Origin: Verrucomicrobiota bacterium
GTDB taxonomy: Bacteria > Verrucomicrobiota > Kiritimatiellia > CAIVKH01
Length of the DNA: 64,000 nt
Direction: 5' to 3'
Assembly: GCA_024233345.1 (NCBI GenBank)
Contig: JACKPT010000006.1
Location: 84,959-148,958, forward strand
The notes under the pieces are model-generated. The model worked only from the letters and a program-made list of their open reading frames with translations. It had not been told where the DNA came from and made no database searches. This document shows positions 27,598 through 35,682 of this stretch, one piece after another (position 1 is the stretch's first letter; every line of letters starts with the position of its first letter). A program made the position numbers and the translations under genes.

Positions 27598-28536
27598 TTA
27601 CCCGGCGGGCAGGACCGCCTGTGCCTGTACCAGCCGGTTGAGCAGCTCCCTCACCCGCCGCTTTGCATAATCCGCTTGCCGGGAGTCCGGGTGTTCGGTG
27701 AGAAAAGTCCGGAAAGCGGTCAGCCGGGTATTCACAGAGAACCGATCTCGGTCATAGAATTGCGCACATTGAAAGGCGAGGGCGTGAATCCGGCGGATGG
27801 TTTCCTCGAGCATGCGTTCTGCGGTACCCCGGTAACACCCGCTGGAGCCATGAGCCAGATAAGCCTCCAACACCCTTCGCGCCGACCGCGCCCGGTCCAG
27901 ACCCTCGCGATTGGACCGGGCGTCCCAGTACAGGATCCGCGCTTCCCCAAAAAATGCACGGTCATGCCATTCCCCCTCCGATTCCGCTGCCGCAGCATAG
28001 CGGTAATAAACGGTGGCGACTTCGGGTTGGCCGGCCTGCTCGTAATACAGGCCGAGATGGTACTGCACCCGGGCGGCACGGGGAGCCTGGGGATCGTTGA
28101 GATACACCTTCTCCAGCATGTCCTTCACGAGGGCGTGCGATCGGCGCCCGGGCTCCTGCCCGTCGGGGCTTTCCGGGGACATTAACCGGATACAAAGGTC
28201 GAGTTGCCGGTCATTGGCTCGACTGCGGAATCCCGGGTACTCATCGGCCACCCGCTGGTACAGACGGAATGCCTGCCGATCCCGGCCCTCCCGCTCGAGC
28301 AGCTCGGCAAGCTGGAGCCGCGCTTCCGCACATTCGCTCCGGCCGCGGTACCGGGAAGCAATGCGCACGAGGATTTGGCGCGCTTGAGCGTACTCGTCCT
28401 GCCGGATTCGTTTTGCAGCTTCCTCAAACAGGACAGACGCATCCGGATCATCCGCCCTGGCACACGACAGCACTGGTGCGAACAGGGGAAGCAAGGCCAC
28501 TGCCCACCCCGCCAGCCACAGGGCGGTCGGCCTCAT
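27598..28536 (-). CDS. TPR lipoprotein, BamD/YfiO-like
   Basis: Lipobox LFAPVLSC, then TPR-like helices (...EYAQARQILVRIASRY..., ...AFRLYQRVADEYPG..., ...VQYHLGLYYEQAGQPEVATVYYRYAA...). ATG 28536 overlaps the stop of the upstream 1512-aa gene (ATGA on the minus strand). Confidence 0.6.
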   Translation of the reverse strand: MRPTALWLAGWAVALLPLFAPVLSCARADDPDASVLFEEAAKRIRQDEYAQARQILVRIASRYRGRSECAEARLQLAELLEREGRDRQAFRLYQRVADEYPGFRSRANDRQLDLCIRLMSPESPDGQEPGRRSHALVKDMLEKVYLNDPQAPRAARVQYHLGLYYEQAGQPEVATVYYRYAAAAESEGEWHDRAFFGEARILYWDARSNREGLDRARSARRVLEAYLAHGSSGCYRGTAERMLEETIRRIHALAFQCAQFYDRDRFSVNTRLTAFRTFLTEHPDSRQADYAKRRVRELLNRLVQAQAVLPAG

Positions 28537-31500
28537 GGCGCCTCCATGTACCGGTAGGCCCGGACCTTGCCGGGAGGAAGCTCCAACGGAGAGGGGCGCC
28601 CGCTTGCCGGATCGCCGGCATCGTACCAGAGAACATTTGCACTCGCGGCGGTGACCGCGCCTGCCGACCGCCAGCCCGGATCCTGCGGCGTGTCCTGCCA
28701 ATCGATGGTATAGATCTTCCCTGGCTCCGTATCAAGGCATAGCTCGATCGCGGGTGGCTCTCCGGGCTCGATCGACAAGCGCATCCGGGTGATCAACAAC
28801 GGCGCGGCCCCGAAACCGGTCACCCCGCCAGGAGTGGTGGCAGTCAGCTCGAAGTTGTCCAGGCGCGCAAAGCCGTTCGGGTTTCCGTTCCCGTCCCACC
28901 CGTTGATCTCCACAAACAACTTTTTTCCGGCCGCTCCGGCACCTGCGGTATAGAACCCGGAATGCTCGAAGGACTCGTAGGCGGAATTGACGGTGGAGGC
29001 CCGCGAAGTCGAGGTCGCGAGCACGGTCCGGGTTCCAGAGATCGTGTCGGAGTCAGTCACAAACAGGGTTACCACGATCCGGTCCGCCCCGTCGTTCCAG
29101 TTGAATGCGTCGCGCCAGACATAGCTCACATCGAACAGATCGCCGAGGGAGATCTGGTATCCAGTATCCATGCCGGCGATCACGGTGTCGGTGTCGGTAA
29201 CCACCAGGTTGCGGGTGCCGTCAAAGTCGAGATTGAGCCGGGTGGCCTCCAGGGTCTGATCAGGTGCCGTCAGGCCGGTGTTTTGCCAGAACGGGGTAAC
29301 CGCGTAGTTACGGCTGTCCACCGCGCTGGTATCCGCGTTAAAGTTGCCATTCCGAATGTCGCCCCCGATGATTGCGGTAACGGATGGTCCACCCACCGCA
29401 GCAGCGGTGAACAGGTTGGATATCGACACTTCCGGCAGTTCGTCGGTCCAAAGCGCGACCTCATCGAGGCCGCCGGGGTGGTTGGCCCCGTCATCGCGAC
29501 GCCATGGGGAGAATCCGCCAGCGCTGCCGTTGCCGAGAATCCATCGGGAGCCGTCGCCGATTACTGCGGTATCATCAAGGTCGAGAACCCCCTCGGACAA
29601 GGTTCCGCCGACCGGGCTCAGCCACCAGTGCACTTCGCCCGCGTCCCGCGTGTCATCCCACGACAGGACGAGCAGGTACCATCGCGAGACTGGAAGTACC
29701 CCGGGATGAATCAGTGCATCGGCATCCCCAACCTTGAGGCGTAATCCGGTGAAGTCCACATGTACCACATTCAGTGCGTTGCCGGATCCCGTGTCGGTCC
29801 CCTGAGCAAGTAGATGCGCAAACAGCAGGGGCGCATCCGGGGTACGGAACAGAATTGACAGGGTTCCCCGGGCGCCGATGAGGTCATCCTGGTCGAGCGA
29901 GGCGTTGAAGGTGTTCATCCGGACCGACGACCCGGCCATGCCATAGGCATCATCACCAAACGTTGTTCCGGCGGCGACAAAATCCGCAACCGGCAGCGCA
30001 CCCGCGTTGGTGTAGTTGCCATCGAATCGGAACCAGTAGTCGGGATCGAGTGCGGTGAGGGTTTCCTCCAGATTCGGAGGCGGCGGGATCACCGACAGGA
30101 TCGCGGCCGCCGACGTAACCGATCCAAAATCGTCGAAGACCACTGCCCGGTATTGGTCGTTGCTCATCCCGGTGGTGACGGCCGGAATAGTCAGGGTGGC
30201 ATTGGTCGCGCCCGCATAAACCACTCCGTTGGATAACCATTGATAGGTGAGCGGCCCGATCCCGTCAGCGGCGACGGTAAACGAAGCCGGATCGCCGGAT
30301 GCCACCGTAAGATCTGCGGGCGGTGCGGTGACCGTGGGTCCTGCATAGAAAGTCGTATGGGACTGGAACTGGAGCTTGACCTCATCCTCGGTCAATTCCC
30401 GGAGCCAGAACGCGATTTCATCCACCGTTCCCGATTCGGTCCCCACCCGCAGCGCGTTATCCCACTCAACGCCGTTGCGGTGCCCCACATAGACCGGACC
30501 ATCGTCCCCGAACACATCTGTATTACCGACATCGACCACCCCGGAGTCGAGCGGACCGTCCAGTGGCCCGAGGTACCAGATCGCCTCCCCGGGGTCGCGA
30601 TCGAGATCCCAGGTCAGGGCGAAGTAATACCAGGTGTCCTGGAGAGGTTGACCGCTGATGAGGGTTGTGGTCACAGATCCGAGCAGCAGGGTCAGGCTGG
30701 CTGGGGAGAACCGCATGCTGAACGCATTACCGGAGGCCGGTGAACCGCCCTGGGCGAATACATGGCGGTTTGCACCGTCGAACGGCAGAGCCGGGGTGCG
30801 GAACAGAAGGGAAAATGCACCACGGTCGGAAACCATGTCGGCGGCTTGCGCGACATGATCGAACCCGCCGACAAGGTCAAAGGCATTGGAGGCATTGCCG
30901 AGGTTATCCGTGCCCCGGGGAAGGCGGTTTTTCACGTAGTTCCCCTCTGAGGTCAGATCGGCAGCGGGCTGGGCTCCGAAGTTCGCGAGCGTGTCATCGA
31001 GCGGAAACCAGTAGTCGGGTTGCTGACTCAGCACCGCTTTCTGGTAGACCCGGACCGGGGTTACCGTAACCGTGGCAGGCTGGGAGGTAACGGTGCCGAT
31101 GGCATTGGAGACAAACACGGTGAGTTGGGCTCCGTCATCCGCCAGGGTGACCCCGAGGCTGAGGTCGGTATTGGTGGCCCCAGGGATCGGCGCGCCATCG
31201 ATCCGCCATTGATAGTGGATCGGCCCCTCGCCAATGGCCTGCACCGTAAATCGGCCAGTTGCCCCGTCTGGGATCGTCTGGGAAACCGGATGGGTAACGA
31301 TGGCCACCGCTCCCGATGGCGCGGTCAGGGCCCCGAATTGGGTGGCCAGATCGAGCGGGGTCAGTTCCCGGTGCCAGATCGCAACCTCGTCCAATGCCCC
31401 CGGCCGCCCATCCTCATACCAGCTTTCCCACTGCCGGAAATCCCGGTTGGCGAGAATGAATGGCCGGTCATCATTGCCCGCATTCGAGGTATCGCTTACG

Positions 31501-33047
31501 CTTCGGGTGCCGGTGCTGAGCGAGCCGCCGAGTGGACCGTATGCCCAGTGGACCGTTCCTGAAGAAATATTCCAGCTCGCGCCGAAGTAATACCAAGTGT
31601 CGATTGCTGGCGGGGCGTTGTCGAGGGTGATCGTCGCGTTGCCAATCCGGAACGTAGCGGACGGCGAGGTAAAATAGAGGTAAAAGGCGTTCGGTGACCC
31701 GGTGCCTTGGGAAAAAATGACCCGGTTTTTGTCAATCGCCAGGGGTCTGGCCGGCGTCTTGAGCAGCAGGGAAATTGCCCCGACATTCTCGATGATGTCG
31801 TTGGTCTGGTACACCATGTCCTGCCCGCTGTCGGTGTAGTACGCGAGCTTTTCAAAGGTCTCGAAATCCGCATCAAATCGGCCCCCATGACCGAAGTCAC
31901 CGCCATCGAACAGCAGAGGGGAACCACCGAGCGTGCCAGAGTCGGTTGTGTTTCCGTCCATGCGATACCAGACCGGGGGAACCTGGCTGGCGAGAATGCC
32001 CTGGTAGTTGCCGTTGCCAGTACGGAGTACCGCGACCTCACTGGTCACCGCGCCGACCGCGTTGAATGCCACCACCCGGTATTCATCCCCATTTTCAACG
32101 ACTGTGCTGACGGTGTGGGTGTAGCTGGTGCCGATGGCGCCGGGGATGTTGACTCCGTTTCGTTGCCACTGAAACGACGGGGATGGCGCTCCCACCGCAG
32201 CGGTCCGGAACGTGACGGTTTGCCCGGGCAATGCCTGCTGGCTGAATGGCTGCTCGAAAATGTTGGGAAGCGACGGAGTGTTGACCATGAACCCAGAGCT
32301 GTAATGGGTCCCGTTGAGCAGCATGGCGGTATTGCCCGCCTTGTCCCGCAACAACATGTTGTACACAACCCACTGGCCAGCGGGGGCGGTGGGCGAGAGG
32401 ATCGTCGTTCCCCGGTACGTGTCCGGCGCGATCTCTGTCCACGTGTTGACCTGGCTTTGTCCGATCCCTGATTCGTGGGTCAGGTTCACGTACATGTTCG
32501 TGGGCTCCAGCCCGCTCACATCATCGGTCACCACCACGGTCACGGTGGCAGGCGCATTGAGCGTTGCGGGGTTCGGAGTCACCGTCACGCTGTGCATGAC
32601 CGGCGGCGCCCCGTCGGGGGTTGGACTGACGACTTGAAAGTTGACCCAGAAGTGGGTTCCGTAAAGGTAAAATGCGCCATTACGGTTCCGGTCGTAGACC
32701 AGCAGGGAATGAACCTTCCAGGTACCGGCCACGGCGTTTGGTCCGATCTGTCCACGCCCCTCGTACCAATCCCCGCCCAGCGACCGCCAGTCGTCCACCG
32801 TGATCTGCCCACCACCCTGAGGATTCAGCAAAATACCATAGATCCAGTTGGTATTCACCCCAACCCCCGTATCGGATATTCGTGCGGTTAGGGTCACATA
32901 CTGGCCCGCCTCCACCGGCGAGGATGCCGACAGGCTGATCAGCGAGGGTGGCGTTGTGTCCGACCAAGCGACCCCGGCCATGCAAGCCGCCATCAGCACC
33001 AGCGGCAGCACCAGCCTCCCCCCCAAGCGACCTGACCTTGGCTTCAT
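28533..33047 (-). CDS. ~1500-aa secreted surface protein: 2 N-terminal beta-sandwich repeats, alternating Ig(I-set-like) and LamG_3-like domains (x3), one unassigned module, C-terminal beta-rich module
   Basis: Signal MKPRSGRLGGRLVLPLVLMAACMAGVAWS. Ig-like segments (F.W.RNG..IPGA..., YQWRIDGAPIPGATN, YQWLSNGVVYAGATN). LamG-like segments (WY.MDGN..D..., DE[VI]A[IF]W.REL[TS]). Module ...IRNGNFNADTSAVDSRNYAVTPFWQNTG...VSYVWRDAFNW...LFVTDSD...FARLDNFEL. An ATG at 33071 is an alternative start. Confidence 0.8.
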   Translation of the reverse strand: MKPRSGRLGGRLVLPLVLMAACMAGVAWSDTTPPSLISLSASSPVEAGQYVTLTARISDTGVGVNTNWIYGILLNPQGGGQITVDDWRSLGGDWYEGRGQIGPNAVAGTWKVHSLLVYDRNRNGAFYLYGTHFWVNFQVVSPTPDGAPPVMHSVTVTPNPATLNAPATVTVVVTDDVSGLEPTNMYVNLTHESGIGQSQVNTWTEIAPDTYRGTTILSPTAPAGQWVVYNMLLRDKAGNTAMLLNGTHYSSGFMVNTPSLPNIFEQPFSQQALPGQTVTFRTAAVGAPSPSFQWQRNGVNIPGAIGTSYTHTVSTVVENGDEYRVVAFNAVGAVTSEVAVLRTGNGNYQGILASQVPPVWYRMDGNTTDSGTLGGSPLLFDGGDFGHGGRFDADFETFEKLAYYTDSGQDMVYQTNDIIENVGAISLLLKTPARPLAIDKNRVIFSQGTGSPNAFYLYFTSPSATFRIGNATITLDNAPPAIDTWYYFGASWNISSGTVHWAYGPLGGSLSTGTRSVSDTSNAGNDDRPFILANRDFRQWESWYEDGRPGALDEVAIWHRELTPLDLATQFGALTAPSGAVAIVTHPVSQTIPDGATGRFTVQAIGEGPIHYQWRIDGAPIPGATNTDLSLGVTLADDGAQLTVFVSNAIGTVTSQPATVTVTPVRVYQKAVLSQQPDYWFPLDDTLANFGAQPAADLTSEGNYVKNRLPRGTDNLGNASNAFDLVGGFDHVAQAADMVSDRGAFSLLFRTPALPFDGANRHVFAQGGSPASGNAFSMRFSPASLTLLLGSVTTTLISGQPLQDTWYYFALTWDLDRDPGEAIWYLGPLDGPLDSGVVDVGNTDVFGDDGPVYVGHRNGVEWDNALRVGTESGTVDEIAFWLRELTEDEVKLQFQSHTTFYAGPTVTAPPADLTVASGDPASFTVAADGIGPLTYQWLSNGVVYAGATNATLTIPAVTTGMSNDQYRAVVFDDFGSVTSAAAILSVIPPPPNLEETLTALDPDYWFRFDGNYTNAGALPVADFVAAGTTFGDDAYGMAGSSVRMNTFNASLDQDDLIGARGTLSILFRTPDAPLLFAHLLAQGTDTGSGNALNVVHVDFTGLRLKVGDADALIHPGVLPVSRWYLLVLSWDDTRDAGEVHWWLSPVGGTLSEGVLDLDDTAVIGDGSRWILGNGSAGGFSPWRRDDGANHPGGLDEVALWTDELPEVSISNLFTAAAVGGPSVTAIIGGDIRNGNFNADTSAVDSRNYAVTPFWQNTGLTAPDQTLEATRLNLDFDGTRNLVVTDTDTVIAGMDTGYQISLGDLFDVSYVWRDAFNWNDGADRIVVTLFVTDSDTISGTRTVLATSTSRASTVNSAYESFEHSGFYTAGAGAAGKKLFVEINGWDGNGNPNGFARLDNFELTATTPGGVTGFGAAPLLITRMRLSIEPGEPPAIELCLDTEPGKIYTIDWQDTPQDPGWRSAGAVTAASANVLWYDAGDPASGRPSPLELPPGKVRAYRYMEAP

Positions 33048-33089
33048 CTCTGTGCACCCCGCATGAGCCATCCTGCCTTCATTCCCGGA

Positions 33090-34196
33090 TCAATACCCCG
33101 GATCCATGAGATCTACCGAACCCTCCTCCGGCGGACGGTCCTCCATGAGAACGTCGGACTGGTTCGCTGATTGTTGCATATCCGAGGCCAGAGGCGCGAG
33201 ATCCTCCAGTGACGCTTGTTCAGCCTCTGCCTGGGCTTCCTCTTCGGCCTCCATGTCCTGGCGACGGATATCCGCGAGGGTTCCAGGCACCGTGGTAACC
33301 ACGGGAATCAGGCCCTGGGCAACCTCTTCCTGCACTGCAGGAGGCAGCGCGTCTGCGGTCACCGGCTGGGCGACGGGCTCGGACGCGGACTCAGGGCTGA
33401 ACTTTTTTTTTACCGGCTGCACATAGTCGGAGGTGTCACCAGCACCGCCGTTCAGTTCAGCGTATTTGAACTTGGAAAACTCACTGATGTAGTTGTCGGT
33501 CAATTCGTCGAGGATCGCAAGCTGGCCCGCGAGGTTTTCGTACGCATACACGCTCTTCGGGTCCCGCACATAATCCGACACATACTCACGGAACGTTTTG
33601 TACATGTTGACCATCTTGTTCATGAACTCGATCCGGTATGCGGCAATGAATCGATTGACCTGGGCAGCCTCGATCTCGTCGTTGTGGTAAATCAACTCAT
33701 TGAGGCGCCACGTGGCCTGCACAAAGTAGTTTTCCCGCCATCCCGTGCCGTCGTCCAGAGGCATGCTCACCGGAGACCTGTACTCGTAAAAGCGCTGTCG
33801 GTTGTAGGCGTCATTGTCACCCGTCTGGACATAACTGTCCAACGGATCGCCGGAAATGCGGATCGACGAATTGTCCGAGCTGTTCCATGTCCGGATGTCA
33901 CGTGTGGTTTCCTGAGAGAGCCGCTCAAACCGATCTTCCGTAACCTCGTTATAGCCGAAACGCACCTGCAGGTTGGGCAACAGGGTGGCCAGGCGCATCC
34001 GGCGGTCCCAGTCCTGCAACTCACCGAGCGACTTGGGAAGCGCACCCAGGGCATTTTCCAGCACCAACCTTACCGGCGGCAAGGTATCCGGGGTCAGGTA
34101 GCTCAGGTCTTCGGCCGGCGATTCTGCCAGAGCGGGCACAGACACCAGATTGGCCGACAATAATAAACAAACAACCCGTGCAATCGATTTCTTCAT
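33090..34196 (-). CDS. secreted hypothetical protein with an acidic C-terminus
   Basis: MKKSIARVVCLLLSANLVSVPALA is a signal peptide. The central region has a helix-rich pattern (...ATWRLNELIYHNDEIEAAQVNRFIAAYRIEFMNKMVNMYKTF...). The tail is acidic and low-complexity. No family recognised. Confidence 0.6.
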   Translation of the reverse strand: MKKSIARVVCLLLSANLVSVPALAESPAEDLSYLTPDTLPPVRLVLENALGALPKSLGELQDWDRRMRLATLLPNLQVRFGYNEVTEDRFERLSQETTRDIRTWNSSDNSSIRISGDPLDSYVQTGDNDAYNRQRFYEYRSPVSMPLDDGTGWRENYFVQATWRLNELIYHNDEIEAAQVNRFIAAYRIEFMNKMVNMYKTFREYVSDYVRDPKSVYAYENLAGQLAILDELTDNYISEFSKFKYAELNGGAGDTSDYVQPVKKKFSPESASEPVAQPVTADALPPAVQEEVAQGLIPVVTTVPGTLADIRRQDMEAEEEAQAEAEQASLEDLAPLASDMQQSANQSDVLMEDRPPEEGSVDLMDPGY

Positions 34197-34275
34197 GTTT
34201 GATGCCCTCATGGTCTGATTTCCACGGGTCCACGCAACGAATCCCGCGACTGATGTTTATCCTACATTGCTTATT

Positions 34276-34304
34276 ATGATAAGTTCAATGATATTTTCAC
34301 GCAA
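34276..34304 (-). promoter_or_regulatory. candidate sigma70-like promoter of the 34196->27598 operon
   Basis: On the minus strand: TTGCGT (34304-34299), a 17-nt spacer, then TATCAT (34281-34276), in an AT-rich gap. It shares the extended box ATTGCGTGA with the 10.65-kb promoter candidate. Confidence 0.4.
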
Positions 34305-34333
34305 TTCTTTCCCTTTTCTCATCGTCGGGTCCA

Positions 34334-35083
34334 TCATGCCGCATCCGACGCGGAAAGGAAAGCGCGGGCCTTACGCCTGCGAAGCCACACCGCCAAGGCA
34401 CCGACAATGAACAGCCCGGCTGTTCCCGGTTCGGGTACATTGTCTCCCGGTTCCCAATTCCGAATTCCAAACACGACATCATCGACAAAAATACGATGGC
34501 TGGTGTTGGTGTTCGATTTGACCAAGCGGATCTGGATGTATTCCCCCTCCGCTGCCGGAATGTCGGCACCATCAATATTGGCATTGATTTGCGTCCAATC
34601 CTCGCCAGGGTTCGGCCAATAGATTCCGTACCGCCACGTGTAGGTTCCTCCCAGCGTCGGACTTGTCAGCAGGATCAGGCTTAGGTCCGGACTGTTCTCA
34701 TGAGCCACATTCCCACTCGGATCATCGTACATGGTCCACGCGGATAATGCATAATCGCGGGACGTCGACCATCGGGCGTTGAGGTTTTGCAGGACGATCG
34801 CGTCATCGTAGTAATATGAAAATACGAGGGCATCGTTACCGCTGCGAATGTTTTGCGTCACCGGCGCACTGGTCACACTGCGCACCGAGAAATCATTATC
34901 CTCTCCGTTGGTCAGCCATGGGCTGGAATCCGAATCGGGCTCGGTACCCGAAAGGTTCTCAAATCCCGGATCCTCCACCAGATTGAGGATGGCCGCGTTC
35001 ACCGGTGCCTCCTCAAAGACGAACCCCGCGCCTGCCAGAACCAATATTCCAACAGCCCTTACGGTGCTCCGATACCACGCCAT
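34334..35083 (-). CDS. PEP-CTERM protein with a CBM4/9-like beta-sandwich
   Basis: MAWYRSTVRAVGILVLAGAGFVF..., LVEDPGFENLSG...SPW (CBM-like N-terminal motif) and ...IFVDDVVFG. C-terminus VPEPGTAGLFIVGALAVWLRRRKARAF. An ATG at 35125 is an alternative start. Confidence 0.8.
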   Translation of the reverse strand: MAWYRSTVRAVGILVLAGAGFVFEEAPVNAAILNLVEDPGFENLSGTEPDSDSSPWLTNGEDNDFSVRSVTSAPVTQNIRSGNDALVFSYYYDDAIVLQNLNARWSTSRDYALSAWTMYDDPSGNVAHENSPDLSLILLTSPTLGGTYTWRYGIYWPNPGEDWTQINANIDGADIPAAEGEYIQIRLVKSNTNTSHRIFVDDVVFGIRNWEPGDNVPEPGTAGLFIVGALAVWLRRRKARAFLSASDAA

Positions 35084-35133
35084 TTCACCCCGGCAACCAC
35101 CGCCCTTTATTGCGTTATAGTGCACAATTTATT

Positions 35134-35162
35134 GTCATATTAAACATCAACCTTCTTGTCAA
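35134..35162 (-). promoter_or_regulatory. candidate sigma70-like promoter of the PEP-CTERM gene
   Basis: On the minus strand: TTGACA (35162-35157), a 17-nt spacer, then TATGAC (35139-35134). The near-dyad TGCACTATAACGCA (minus strand, 35124-35111) lies between the -10 and the start codon. Confidence 0.4.
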
Positions 35163-35682
35163 CGTAGAAATGAATCACCAGCCTCCAGGCGAAACCATGA
35201 CATCCATGGAATGGATCGTGGCCACCTGTTCTAGGACCTGACACACACAGTCACCGAGATGCCTGGATTCCAGCTGCTGGTCCAAGTAAACCCACATCCC
35301 CTGCGCGGAAGCACACAAGGCTCTGGGCTTGTGCCCGATCCTCGCGCTGATGGTAGACCGGGCTAACCCCAGAGTGGACACTCCCACCCGGAAAGTAGCC
35401 TCAGCTTCGGTAAGCGGGCTTAACCCGTGTCAATATTGGCAGGACCCTGTTCAGTTCGGTTGGTGCGCAGCAAGGTACGTCAGGCATGACCTTGGACACC
35501 TGGAGTGAAACGATCGCCGCAAGGTGGAGGTTCACCCAAAACACCGGAATCACCGAGGAATTCCGACCCTGCGAACAGCTCGTTACCTTCAACACGACTC
35601 GTTCTCTGTCCCTTTGGATCTCTATGCGCAAATTCCTCAAGACGTTGAAGAAGCCTCTCCTCATTCAGGTGTGGAGGAGTGG

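Noticed and set aside
35163-35682. RNase P RNA, tmRNA or SRP RNA in the non-coding gap beside tRNA-Phe.
   Set aside because: I compared both strands from memory with the conserved blocks. These are RNase P GAGGAAAGUCCGGGC and ACAGAACCCGGCUUA, the tmRNA tRNA-like 3' end ...GGUUCGAxUCC...CCACCA with a tag ORF, and the SRP GGAA/AGCA helix-8 motif. Only fragmentary resemblances were found (for example CCCGGAAAGTAGCC and GTCAGGTCC). That is not enough for a call.
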